Shown: positions 1-12,739, counted from the first letter of the stretch. The stretch is 64,000 nucleotides of DNA from Marsupella aquatica (GCA_973895155.1 OZ316896.1:186001-250000); one strand, 5' to 3'. Program-made: numbers and translations. The notes: generated by a model not told the origin, from the sequence alone.

Positions 1-2510
1 ACCATATGTCATCCCACATAGATTTAATTATAGTCAGGTCATACCATTTGAAACCATTACTGAGTATTCCATCATTATTCCTGCCCCCATTTAGACACCA
101 TGAAGCGCGCCCCAGCCCCATTCAACTGCAAAAAGGATTTGTCAAAGCTTGCTAACCTAACTTAATGCTTTTTGTAGTCAATCTCTAATTTTTCTATCGC
201 CGTCTTCTGGTCGTGCCAAAAAGGTGCTTAATTATCACCCAATTTCAGCCTCACATATGTAGCTAGGTTGGGTTTACTTATTGCCATGCCCCATAAACCT
301 TCATGTTTCCCATGCCCCCTTCATATATGACAACCAATGCATGGTTCATGTTCAATATAAGTCCAACTTAAATGTCCAACTTAAATATATATGATCAGCT
401 CTTCACTACCCCAACCCTAAAAAAGTGTACTTATCATAATGGTAATGTGGGGTCATATATACCTGACTATTTGGCCACATTTTCACCAAAGGGGGTGGTT
501 CAAAGTTGTGACTAACCACTCACCCCACATATAACTATTGCGTAAGTCCTTTGGTTTCAAAGGAAAAAACTAATTAGGCAAATCATAGACTTTTGTGTCT
601 CTTTTGTGCTTTCAATGTCTCCACTTCAATGTGCGTGAGTGTGCCTTTGGACACAAGTTTAGGGTGCGCGGGTTTCGTTTAACACGGCAGCAGAGTGCAA
701 AGTTGAGTTGAATGTGCGCGGGAACTCGGTTTAGGGAAAAACTAGCTTGTCCATTCTGCTGTCGGCCGGGGACATTCATCGTGCTTGAAGGTTTTGTGAA
801 GGGTTTTGTGCGAGGAGCTTTACGGACTTCACTCTCGCTTGAGAGATGGTGATGGTAGGCAGGTGCAACAGCAGTGCTTGATCAAGGCTAGACTTTATTG
901 CGTAAGTCCCTGCTCGTCGTCTGGATATGTCATTGTTGTCGGGGTCTTCATGCTCGTCTGATTTGTCTTTTGCTCTTTGTGGCCGAGAGTCGACTACCTC
1001 ACTCACTGACTTCTTGTCCAATGCATACCACAACCCTATTCCTCGTTCTCAGTCTACGAATTGTTTCCAAAACTATTCGGAGAAACTGAGTCAAAGTGTC
1101 GTTCGTTGAGTGTTGACAGTGTCGCTCTTTGGCAAGCAGGAAGGTGCTTTTTCCGGGTTTCCATCGTAAGGTTACGAGCTTCTGTTGTTGCAGCTGTGAC
1201 CGACAACTGAGGAGCTACAACCAAGAGCTTATTGATTTGCAGCACTGCCATGGACGAGGAGCTGTGGAGGGCCGGGGAGCTGCAAGAAAGTGGGGAGTGA
1301 TCTTGAAGGCCAACTATCTAGCGTGAGGTGGATCATCGTGGCTGCAACATTGACCGGGCCTTTTTTTGCGTTGGGCACTGTGAGTAAGGCAATCTACGGA
1401 GGCGCGAAAGAGTCACGAGGAGTCGAGTTCAGCTACGGCAGTATTCACTTCAATTGTCCCAATGTGGTTGGCGTGAGCTGCAGGTGAGCTTAGTTGTGTG
1501 CACATTTCATGTAAGTCAAGTGGTCGGTGTTTTAGGCATTGCGGAACTTGATTGACCACCCCATGGCTAAGGTTTAAGGTGCGGACTACAACAAATATGT
1601 GTTGTTGCTGAAAGTGTTGGTGGTGAGCGACAACTGGTATTGTTTCAGCTAAAGGGAGCACATTGGAGCTTGTGTATCCATGACCTGCGACCGATTGCGG
1701 CTGCCTGTTGTTACAATCGCCGAATCAATCACGCACCCAATCTTGCGGGCAGAAACAACTTTGCGGGAGTGTTGAAGGTTTAGGGTGAGCAACAGCGGAG
1801 AGCTCATTGCTTGGTGGCAGGGTTGAAGGTGGATGATCGGGCTGCAAGGCCAACCGGGGACTTGTTTTGCATTGAGCGATTGCTGCGGATTGCTATGCAG
1901 CTTCAGTTAGGGCGGCTTGGTGCTACATCGGCACAGGTAAGGCTGCAATCCCCTATCGACGCGGACTCACCTCGTGACTGCAAGTATAGTTGTCTAGGTG
2001 ATGTATGCATTGCGTGTTTAGGGTCTAGGTGACATCGCTTCTAAGCAAAATTTGTGAGCTGCCTAGGTCCATTGCTGAATGTTGCTTCCTTTAAATTACC
2101 TGGTGCCTGCTGTTACAATCGCCTGCTCAATCATGCACCCAATCGCCTGGAGCTCATTTGCCTGGAGCTTCATCCATCAGATTCAAACTGTTATTGTTGC
2201 TCTGCCCTTTTGCCATGGGTTGCCGGCCTACCGGATGCTATCAACAGATTAAGAACAAGTCATATCCTAAGTCCCGGTGTTGCAGTGATGTCCCCGACCC
2301 TAAGATGCTTTCCGAACTCATCTTTCTTGTTTCCTGTTGCTACTGATGTATGTATGTTCTCCCCTATTTTTGCTTACAGATTGGTCTCTCCACACTTCTT
2401 GCTTGACATGATTGTTTTGCTCCTCCCTGTATCAGAACATGCCTTGTGCCCGGCGGTGGGGTGGGGGGGTGAACAGACGACCTTAAGGTTCACTACATTT
2501 CTAGGAACTG

Positions 2511-2672
2511 TGCATCTTTCAGCTGATTTTAGCCGCAAGTTCCCTTGCTTTCCCCTATTTTTGCTAAGATCCCTCCCACTAATCACATGCATCTTTCAGC
2601 TGATTTTAGCCGCAAGTTCCCTTGCTTTCCCCTGCTTTTGCTAAGATCCCTCCCCACTAATGACATGCATCC
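2511..2672. repeat. 77-bp tandem duplication (2 copies plus start of a third)
   Basis: TGCATCTTTCAGCTGATTTTAGCCGCAAGTTCCC...CCCACTAAT starts at 2511 and again at 2588. Confidence 0.9.
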
Positions 2673-3857
2673 TTTACTTTTCTCGGTGGCCCGTGCGCCT
2701 GCCTTCCTACTTTCGTTCTTATGGACTCTCCTTAGGTTTTCATTCACCTGGTTTTGGACTTTTTGCTCCGGTGGAATCTGTCTTGACAACTTGTGTTTGT
2801 TCTAATTGTTAATATCTCAAGAGGGTCGTCAACTAAGCTGAAAGGAGTCAAAGCTAACTACAAGCTAGCAAATACAGAGAATGCTCCCAAGTCGAGTCAG
2901 GAGGAAGTTACTAAAACTAGACCTTCACAACTCTCGAAACTGGAAAGTGAAATTCAGCGTGAGACACGTAGCTGAAGGCCACAAGGATAACTATATGGCC
3001 ATGCTGTCCCCCATTCAAGTCCAAAGTCCTCTTCAGATTGTCTGAACTCCTATTGAATGTATTGAATAATTATTTCATCACAGAAATTTTCAGAACAAAC
3101 ACGGAAGCACCAGGGGGCTGAGGATTGGATATTGAGGCTGAAGACATTGAGGTAATAAACTAGGTGTGGTTCGGGTGACAATGTTAGCAACTGATGCTTC
3201 TTCAGGGGAACTTCCCATGTGCAGTTTATCCACACATGATTGACTTTGGTTCTTGCTGTTTTTCTTTTGGTGTACTCTTGAGTTTGGTGTCACTCTATCC
3301 TTTCCTGTAGCCTCGAAATAGGAACACACCTGCTTAGTGGTCCCCAATCGCCCAATGATTTATAATGACTGTGTCTAGGTGATGTATGCATTGCGTGTTC
3401 ATTCCAGAAGAATGAATATGTACACTTTGCACAAACCTGGACAGATTTTGAATGTTATTTATCTGAGTTTCTGTTTGTGAGCTCTGACTTGGAGCCTTAA
3501 CATTTGTGTTTCTGTGGGGCTGAGCAGAGTTTGTTCCGTCTAGAAGCTGCTGTACTGAAGTGATCAGCCTCCGGCTTGGAGGTGAATCTTCAATTTTTTG
3601 TGGATCCGAGTGACTTCTGTCCAGCTGAGTTTTGCTTTGTCGGGACGATTGTGTTTGGCTAAGATGCTAGATTGTGGCTTGTCTTCTTGCTTCCAGCTTG
3701 TGTATTTTCAATTAATAGAAGTTGGGAACGAAGTGATAATTGAATTTCCTTATATTAAGCATCTTCACCTAGAAACTCAATACATAAACTCCAGGATTCC
3801 CTCGGGACATAAAATGAGCCAAATTGTCTCAAAATTGGGAACCTGCACCCGCACTAC

Positions 3858-4150
3858 TCAAACAATTGTGTTGGGCTTGGTGGCCTTGTAAGTCGTCTTT
3901 AGCTTTCGCAATGGAGGTTGAATCTTGCAGTACGTCAAGGGGAACTTGATCTTTGAATCATGGAACTGCTTGGTACTTTCTCGCTTGCACAGAGAGACAG
4001 GGACTGTCGTAGTCTTCATGATCTGGATGCAAGGGAACCAAACTCTATGACAAGAAGCCATCTCATCATACATCTGCTCTGCAGCTCCGTTTCTTGTGGT
4101 ATCACAATATTCCTTGTACATGTTGTGATAACCTGTACGACTCTGATACG
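3858..4150 (-). pseudogene. RPL18A: 60S ribosomal protein L18a (eL20) C-terminal fragment captured in the CACTA
   Basis: [43 protein letters not shown]....[31 protein letters not shown] matches plant L18a; N-terminal half absent; several R>C/W-type substitutions. Confidence 0.92.
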
Positions 4151-5208
4151 TGGACCCAGATACCGAAGTTCTTAATTGTGGTGGGCTTCTTTTCGAAGAT
4201 CTGGTAGACACATTATTCAGCATTTGCTAACTTCAAAACTAGAAGGGTAACACATTAAACAACAGAGAAACTCACAACATCCTCCTTTGGTCCTTCAGAG
4301 TCTGTACTTTGATTCTGAAGTTTGACTGAGTTTTTGTTTACTAAAAGAATGTGACTGTGTAAGAGTTCCGTTTGGCAGTGGATTGGTTGAAGCACTTCAT
4401 GCTAGTGTGTTTTCCACAGCTCTTCAACCAGCTTTCGTCTTCCTTGTCTTTCACCACTTACGATGACATCAATTCAGCTAAGACCATAGAAGGTTCCAAA
4501 ACATCTAACTTGTAAAATCGCATTCTGTTACATCAAGGACTAAGGTGTTGGGTGCCAAAGGAGACAACACAACAAACACGCTGAAAAGACTTTAGGACTG
4601 GGTTCAACAAGGTAGTGAAGGTGCTTAGAGCCATAGTAAGTATGCATTCTGTATCTTTCTCTGTTGATGTGAGCTTGTGCATAATGGGAGTTGTAGTTGG
4701 CAAGAGTTCCAAATATGAATAGATCCAGAAGTATGTGATCATGTACTTGCTCTATAAAGTTCTGAAGATATAAGCATTTTCTGTTAGACCAAGCAACTTG
4801 GGAGTTGGTAAGTGTCACCTGCATCTGAGGGGCTACACCGGGGCATCAGTGGAGGTTCACTTGCACAACACGACAACCAGTGAATTTTCTCTTTGCTGCA
4901 ACCTGCAAGGTGAGACTTTCGGTCTTTCTGGATGAAAAAACAGGAGTTTAATATGATTGATATACATGTCCGTCGAGAATATGGGTTTATCACCAAGCTC
5001 TTTGTCTTAGGAAACTCATAAACTCAGAATCAAATATGTACTATGCACGTTTCATGCTATGTGTATACTATGACCTGTAGTTGGAACCAAGACAATGAGT
5101 GGGAACTGATTAGTTTAGGTGGTTGCTGTTGGCGAGGCAAGTCGACCTCGTGCTCACCTTGCTCATCAAAGGACGTGAACAGAGGACATCACAACGAAAG
5201 CAACACTT

Positions 5209-5658
5209 GTGGTGAGGACCCGCAACGCTGAACATGTGCGACTTGCACGCAAGGCAGAGATGTTGCGCCTTGAGTATGTCAGACTTGGGATCCTTCCAGC
5301 CCAGTCTACATGGTACTTTGAGTACCCTGTTGTTTCCAGGAACAACTACAGCCGGCCTCTACCTGCTTCAGTACCCTTCCCGACATCCTTGGTATTTGTG
5401 TCTCTTGTACATGACCCGCCACAAATTAGGTGCCAAGGGTGTGTACACAGTTGCCAATATGACTGTCTTGCCTGTAGGGCTTCTGGCCCAGAATTGGATG
5501 ACCATTCTCTTGGATGCCGATTTTTGCACAGAGCACAATGTATCATCTGGAACCACTCGCCATCCTGCAGTGTGCCTGGTGATGTCACTTGTCCTGCCCT
5601 CCCAGACCCCACCACTGGTGACTTTGGTGTCTACACATGTTTGGATCACATGCTCTAG
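5209..5658 (+). CDS. Cys/His-rich ORF, possible degenerate PHD-like zinc finger
   Basis: CQGC..CLAC..C.FLHRAQC..YTCLDH spacing; no ATG at the ORF-track start, so it may be an exon. Confidence 0.35.
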   Translation: MVRTRNAEHVRLARKAEMLRLEYVRLGILPAQSTWYFEYPVVSRNNYSRPLPASVPFPTSLVFVSLVHDPPQIRCQGCVHSCQYDCLACRASGPELDDHSLGCRFLHRAQCIIWNHSPSCSVPGDVTCPALPDPTTGDFGVYTCLDHML

Positions 5659-6273
5659 AGGACCACTTGTCACACCGCATGCACAGACCAGATACCATTG
5701 ACCTATAGCTTAACACTCTGACTTCAACATAGAGGATATTTACTTAAAATTTTGATGTATGAGCAATTTTGGGTCCAGGGATTAGGGTCAACAGTACATA
5801 ACTTATATCCTATTATGCCTGCATTAAGCAAAATATCCTAATTTAAGAGGCTAGCAAACTCGCATAAAAGTCTCTATTGAAAGACTGCTTTCATGACTGC
5901 TTTAACCTGGTGAACATTGCAACGTTGAATGAATTAATGGGCCATGTGATAATATGCAAAATGATTTATGCCTCACTTATTTGTCTCAGCCACTATCATA
6001 ACCTATTTAGGATGTATAAATTTCAACCCTTATGACACTGCTTCATACCAATCCTCTTCGAAGAATGCCTGTTTTACATGTCACGACTATTGTATGTGAT
6101 TCAAATGCATGAAATGTTGTTGCAGATCTCCTTTGGTGAATCATAGCCACAATTAAAATTGAGGTGTTGGTGGAGAAATTGTATTAGGGGATCAGTTTTG
6201 TGTGTGGGCTCAACATACCAAAAGTATGTGTGCTCTGCATCCTTGTGTGGCCATTCCAATTCATTGCAGTAGC

Positions 6274-6417
6274 AAATGCCTTTGTACCTTAAATGCTAAA
6301 TATATTTTACTTTCTGTGCAGTCTGCTAAATTGTAGAGTCTATCTAAATGCCTTTGTACCTTAAATGCTAAATATATTTTACTTTCTGTGCAGTCTGCTA
6401 AATTGTAGAGTCTATCT
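6274..6417. repeat. 72-bp perfect tandem duplication including a splice-acceptor-like TTTCTGTGCAG
   Basis: AAATGCCTTTGTACC...AGTCTATCT at 6274 and 6346, ending just upstream of the PHD ORF ATG. Confidence 0.9.
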
Positions 6418-6428
6418 CATGCGCAGGC

Positions 6429-7109
6429 ATGGCACGGCCTAAAATTCAAGCCAAAAAGCGTGTGACAGAGGTGAGAAACACAGGTGTACTTGGGGCAGAT
6501 GCTACTAACTTCTCTGCAAGTCAGATTTTCCAGAAGGCAGCTCATTGTTGTGCCATTTGTGACGATGGTGGGGGCCTGGTCATTTGTGAGGGCCCTTGCA
6601 TGAGGCATTTCCACCTCAACCCGGAGTTTGACCTTGCTGCAGAAAACAACTGTCCAGGGGTGGGCCTCCTGTCAACACACCAGGGAGACTGGATGTGCAC
6701 TGATTGTTTGGAGAAGCAGGCTAAGTGTGCACAGTGTGGGAAGTTGGGGTCCTATGAGGGCTCTGTTGATGCTACAGCAAATGTTAGGAAATGTCCAGAC
6801 CGTTTTTGTGTGAGATTTTTCTGTTTTGAGTGTTTGCCTGCTCATGCCACAGCTTGCCCACTTCATAGGTGCAAGGCATGTGGTGAGCATGATGATGACT
6901 ACTGGACTGACATAGTCCACTGTGCTAGGTGTCCCACTATGTGGCACTATCATTGCCTGAAAGATCATCAAGTAGAGGGTTATGCTTGTGACAGAGAAAT
7001 CTATGATCACTCTGCACATGGTGTTGATCGATGGATATTTTATTGTCATCGCCATGCCATTGATCCTACCTTGCGCACTCCTGTGAGAGATCACATATCT
7101 TGGCTGTGA
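6429..7109 (+). CDS. EDM2-like: EDM2-like composite (NSD-type) PHD-finger protein, 226 aa, intronless transposon cargo
   Basis: CAICDDGG.LVICEGPCMRHFH...WMCTDC...KCAQCGKLGS...CPLHRCKACG...HCARCPTMWHYHCL...FYCHRH.ID..L.TPVRDH follows the EDM2 PHD cassette motif for motif, including the terminal TPVRDH. Confidence 0.88.
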   Translation: MARPKIQAKKRVTEVRNTGVLGADATNFSASQIFQKAAHCCAICDDGGGLVICEGPCMRHFHLNPEFDLAAENNCPGVGLLSTHQGDWMCTDCLEKQAKCAQCGKLGSYEGSVDATANVRKCPDRFCVRFFCFECLPAHATACPLHRCKACGEHDDDYWTDIVHCARCPTMWHYHCLKDHQVEGYACDREIYDHSAHGVDRWIFYCHRHAIDPTLRTPVRDHISWL

Positions 7110-7701
7110 AGCTGAACATTGTACATGCACAGTGCACCTGATGTGGATGTACTATTTTTTGAGATTGCAGAGATTCCAATTTTGAAAAGGAGTTGGGTAG
7201 GCGAGTTTATATAGGCAGCACTTATCTTGTGCTCTGGCGTCAGTGGCTGGGTACATGCCTATACAAACTTATCCTTACAAGCCTTCTTGGAAGTATTTAG
7301 GCTGAGTGGTCATTTTCATAAACACTTTCATCAGACTGCTAAATTAAAACAGGACTTCTAAGTTGTAAGCGTATAAATTATCAGGCATGCAATTAATCAA
7401 ATTGCCCTATAAGTTTGTCATTGAATGTATCCTCCTTTACAACAAAATATGTATGTGCCATGACAAGTTGGTTGCACTTCATTTCACCACGGATATGGAT
7501 TTTGTAGTATATATTCAAACAATGTCCTGCATCCGTGCAGGTGCCTAGTACGTATTGTTCACATATCCCTTGTACCTATCAAAATCGGACCTGAGCACCA
7601 GTGGGCCAGATCAACTCAAAAAGCAGGAATTTTGTTGTCCTTGTATTGTCAGGTGAACCCATTCTTCCAAAATTCACTGTCATCACGTAGGGTGTGTGTA
7701 C

Positions 7702-8574
7702 ATGGAGCCTGGTAAACGTAGAAAGTGTGACCACCCAGCAGTGTTTACAGGGGTCAGAGCGATTTTGGTCCATGGCCAGCATGGGTTGACCAAAGTGCAT
7801 TGGCCAACTGTACAGAAACGATTCTCTGAGCTCCATGGCACTGTAGTTCAGGACATCACTCCAGAGACTACACATGTTGTTGCAGGGACATGGCTATCAG
7901 TGATAAAGAAGTGGTCATGGTCCTACATGAATTCTGCAATTACTAAGCAAGGCCTAAAAGTAGTTGAGGCCTCTTGGATCACAGATTCCATAGCACATAA
8001 GATTGTACAGGATACTGAGCAATATGAGTTGTGGGAGGATGAAGAAGCTACTGCATCAGCTTGGGCTGAACAAGAAGTCTGGGAAGCAAAGGCACGGCTT
8101 GCTGATCTCCAATATGGACCTGTACTCAACAAAGGACAGAGCTCTACAAGGCTGAAGAGTATGTTGGCTGAGGAGACGAAGCAACCAACCCCCATTCTGA
8201 AAGGGCTGAGCATGGTATTTGTGGAGGCGGGAATTGGAGAGGTTAAGTGCAAAGTGTACAAGTCCACAGTGCTTGACCTAGGTGGGACAGTGGAGGAGAA
8301 TATAACAGAGGACACCACTCATGTCATTACTAAGTCATATCCCAAAGCCTGCCGCAAGTTTGGGAAGGGAGACATTCGCTTTTATGTCATGTCCCATAAT
8401 GTGTTTGTGGTTTCATATGCTTGGCTTGTGGAATCAGTAGCAGCTGGGAAGCGTCAAAACCCAATGGACTATGATCTTTTTGAGGCCTGGCCACGGAAGG
8501 GTCAGGATCCTTACAGAGAGGACTATGAGACAACAAGTGAGGAATGGGTCATTAGCGATTCTGAATCAGAGTGA
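7702..8574 (+). CDS. Tandem two-BRCT-domain protein (~290 aa), transposon cargo
   Basis: Two BRCT repeats: FTGVRAILV..LHGTVVQDITPETTHVVA..VVEASWITDSI..QYEL and LKGLSMVFV..LGGTVEENITEDTTHVIT..VVSYAWLVESV..DYDL; acidic tail. Confidence 0.88.
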   Translation: MEPGKRRKCDHPAVFTGVRAILVHGQHGLTKVHWPTVQKRFSELHGTVVQDITPETTHVVAGTWLSVIKKWSWSYMNSAITKQGLKVVEASWITDSIAHKIVQDTEQYELWEDEEATASAWAEQEVWEAKARLADLQYGPVLNKGQSSTRLKSMLAEETKQPTPILKGLSMVFVEAGIGEVKCKVYKSTVLDLGGTVEENITEDTTHVITKSYPKACRKFGKGDIRFYVMSHNVFVVSYAWLVESVAAGKRQNPMDYDLFEAWPRKGQDPYREDYETTSEEWVISDSESE

Positions 8575-9061
8575 GGAGTAGTAGCATCAGTTTGGACACA
8601 AGTTTTTTTGTATAAATCAGATCATTGAAATAAATGTGATCTTTGAACTAATGTACCTTGTTATGGTTGGTGGCAGTTGGGCTTATTTTACTGTTGGCGG
8701 ATTGTTGTTTCCTGCTGCCTGGGGGTGTCACTGTAAACGTACATGCAGAGGCGGTACATTTGAGGACAGCGGAGGAGGTGGTGACACCCTCCAACATTTA
8801 GGAATTTTGTGTCATTCACTTGACAATAGGTACACTACTTGCGAACCTGTTTTTTTCTTTTGGGGTGGTTTAGGGTTTGTGAGAATTTAGTACACGTTAT
8901 GTTAACTCTTTTGGCAGATACAGTCAGGGATATATGGAACACAAATACCACCATTAGGCATCCTTGTTCACTGCTGTCCATGACTGCAGAGCTCCCAGCC
9001 TGTTACAATGCACCCTGGTCACCACCCTCCCCAGACCCAGCCCAGGGCATAGGCACTGCCT

Positions 9062-12000
9062 TTGCATCATCCCACAAGGATATCACGCCATGATAATAAG
9101 CTTTGGCAGCGTGAAAGGTTACGAACCAGACTTTCAGGAGCCAGTAGGATGAGATGTCCTTGTGCAATCTGCCAAGGATCCCGTACCAGGGGTCTGAATG
9201 AGGTTTGGCGGCATATCGCGGTTCATGGAAGAGATCCACGACATCGAGTTTGGAATGATCCTGCAGAGGAAGATTCTTCCGACGAGGAGTGGAGGTTAGA
9301 ATTTGATGCTGCCAATGCTGCAAGACGGGCAAGTGAGGTTCTGCCTGGTGCATTTGAAAATGTTGTAGCTAGTCTCTGTGGGTTGTCAGCTCTCCAACGG
9401 GATGGTGCTCAGGCAGCACCACGTGACAAAGGAATTCATGTGGAAGAGATGGTGAGAGACATCTTCCAAGACTTGGATGCATTTCATGATGGGCTGGACA
9501 ACGAAGAGGATACGGCTGCAGATGCAAGTGTGCCCCCTGTCGAAGAGCCTCTTGATGAGTTTGAGATAGGGCAGGAAACCCCTGGGCATGATGGGATGTT
9601 TGGCTCTCCCCTGCAAATACAGGAAGGCAGGAAGTCTTTGTACCCTGGTAGCAAATGTTCTAAACTGGGATTTGTCATCATGTTCCTGAACATTTGCGGC
9701 AACCACAATGTCCCCAACGTTTTGGTTTCTGAGTTGTTGGCATTCTTGCGAACAACTGTGCTACCAGATGGTAATATTTTGCCCAAGAACATGTACGAGG
9801 CAAAAAGATGCATATCTAATCTTGGATTGAACTATGATTTGATCCATGCCTGTCCTGATGGGCATGTTCTTTTCAGAAAGGAGTATAAAGAATCGTTGAC
9901 ATGCCCTAAGTGTGGGAAGCACAGGTATCGGAACTCAGGAAAGTCTATGGTTCCCGCCAAGGTACTTCGTCATTTTCCACTCATTCCCAGACTTCAGCGG
10001 ATGTTCAGAAGCCGTGCCATCTCGGAGATGATGACTTGGGCAACTGACAAGAAAAGTGATGATGGGCTACAACGACATGCTGCAGATTCAAGGCAATGGA
10101 AACTCATAGATGAGATGTATCCCGAATTTGCTGCTGAGCCGAGGAATGTCAGACTTGGGCTGTCATTGGATGGGGTAAACCCATTTGGAGACAAGAACAA
10201 CAAATTTTCGTGCTGGCCTGTAACTATTTTGAATTATAACCTTCCTCCTTGGATGACTACAAAGCAATTTTTTGTTCTCATGGTCCTACTGATACCAGGA
10301 CCAGACAATGCTGTATCTGCCAACATAGATGTGTTTCTGGCTCCCCTAGTGGAGGAATTGAGAAAGCTTTGGGAGGAAGGAGTTCTCACATATGATGTCC
10401 TACAGAGGCTTGGGAGGTTAAACCCATTCATCCTTAGAGCCATTGTCATTCTGACTATAGCTGACTACCCAGCCCATGGGATGATATCAGGCCAAACAAC
10501 AAAAGGATATTGTGCTTGTACTATCTGTGGGCGCAATGTCACCAGTGAGTACTCCAGAGCCCTGCAGAAAGTGATATACATGGGCCATCGTCATTTTCTG
10601 AAGGCAGATCACCCTTACAGAGAAAGATAGGCATTGATTGCACACTTTGGCAATAAGATTGAGCAACGTGGACCCCCGACACGAGTGACCAAAGAGGAGA
10701 TCAGGCAGTGGGGAGCACTGAGGGATGACTATATCAAACGAGGGGGCAGGGAAGATGGAGTGAGTGATCCAATAAAGCGATATGGTGTAAAAAGACTGAG
10801 CATATTGGACTTGGAGCTCAAGTACTGGAGGGTAAGCCTCTTGGAGTTGATGCTAATTGGGATACATGTTTTGGTTCAGAGCATGTGCATTCATTTTGAA
10901 GAGAGAGACTAAACTTGAGGCATTTCCTGACGCTTTTGCATTGCAACGATGCAGGAGTTTGAGCCAAGCAAACATAACATTGATGTTATGCACATTGAAA
11001 AGAATATTTGTGAGAGTCTACTCAGATTCTTGTGTGGAGAGAAAGACACTGGTTCAGTGAGATTGGATCTTGAACAGAGGGGAATGAAACCCCATCTTTG
11101 GTTGAGGCCACATGCCCACAGAGCTGATGTGCTCTTGAAGTACCAAGCGCCCTATGTTCTGACAGACACAGAGTGGGAACTATTTGTGCAGAGGTTGAGT
11201 TCTTTGAAGGTTCCTTCAAACTATGGCAGTGCTTTCAAGAAGCATATCATGACTAGAAAGCTTGGTAGTATGAAAAGCCATGACTACCATATGTTGATGC
11301 AACAGGTGTTGCCTTTATGCCTGAGGGGCCTGTTGCAGAAGCCTGTTCGTACTGTGATCATGTGACTCAGTGATGTGTTTCATCGTATTTGTGTGAAGGT
11401 TTGGGATGAAACACACTTCCCACAACTGACAGAAGATGTCGCTCAGGTGCTGTGTGACCTGGAGATTTATTTTCCTCCCGCATTTTTTGATGTCATGACC
11501 CACCTACTTGTCCATGTTGTGGAAGAGCTACACCAATTTGGGCCTGTGAGTGCTCGTTAGTTGTACCCTTTGGAACGGTACACGAAGCTACTCAAAGGTC
11601 ACGTGAGAACATATTACAAACCTGAAGCAAGCATGGCTAAAGGTTACATCAAGGATGAGACTCTGGGATTTCTGACCGAATACATAGCACAATATGAGCA
11701 TGTGAAGACCAGGGTGTGGAATTCTCATGAGGAGGAAGGGGTGATAGGTGAAGTACTGGAAGGGGCTGCAACCACAAAGAACCTGACCATATCTATGAGA
11801 GACTTGGCACATGACTTTGTATTGCACAACACTGTGGTGATGGAACCCTGGATACAGTGAGTGCATACATGTGCTATAATCCAGTTCATGAGCTTAAATG
11901 TTGTGTTCGTGTGGTTTTCTCCTTCAGCCTGTTCATGTTTACCCAAGCTAATGCTGTGTGGTTGTTTGTTCAGGGAGTATGAGTCATTGAAGGCGGCCCA

Positions 12001-12739
12001 TCCCACTGCAGGAACAACTTTTCTAGGTTTCATGGAGTGGATCAGAGTGGCAATTAGAGAGCATCACGAGACCCACCCAGACATGGATGCAGATGTTTAC
12101 CTACTGTCTAATGCCCCTAGCCTGAAAGTGAAGACTTACAAACGGATGAGAGCATATGGGAATCACTTCCGAGTGAAGGATGGTGACAGTGCCTACAGGG
12201 TGACGAATGACTGCGGGCTCATCACTGTATTTGAGCAACAGAGCCACAATCACGACAGGGCCTGGATGGAGATGGGATATGTGGGAGAATTAGTTGACAT
12301 ATGGGCTCTAGACTATGGGGCGGTGTCCAGTCCTGTGATTCTTATGAAAGGTTCATGGGTGCGGCAGGATTGGCTTGGTAACAGGGCTACCATGAAGAGA
12401 GACAACGACGGTTTCTTGCTGGCCAATTTCAGAGGGAAATTGCCTGAATGGTCTGAGCCATTTGTGTTTCCTAGTCAAGTGGAGCAAGCTTTCTTCCTGG
12501 ATGTGGAAGACTCCCCAGGTTGGCGTGTAGTGTGTCATAAACAGGCCAGGCAACGTCGGATGGAAGGATCAAACCTTGAGTTTCATTTACACTCTCATAG
12601 TGCCTTTGATCGTCGGCGTTCAGACCAAGTGCCTGTAGTTCATGATAGCGGGGACTTCATTCCTGTGACAAGGGTAGATGCATTTGCTGAAGGAGGCGAA
12701 TTCAGAGATGTAGATGCCAACAGTGTGCCTGTGCCATGA
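9062..12739 (+). pseudogene. CACTA TnpD/Tnp2-type transposase (Transposase_21, DUF4218/DUF4216-like), intron-containing, with premature stops
   Basis: Motifs IHACPDGHVLF, KVLRHFPLIPRLQRMF, EPRNVRLGLSLDGVNPF, DVMHIEKNICE, MKSHDYH, FPPAFFDVMTHLLVH, YPLERY, EPFVFPSQVEQAFF. Probable introns ~10832-10954 and ~11857-11973. Stops at 10628, 11363 and 11558. Confidence 0.93.

Noticed and set aside
404-409. CACTAC as the left TIR of the first CACTA
   Set aside because: Does not match the right TIR (CACTAGAAGAA) and has no subterminal repeats or AAG TSD.
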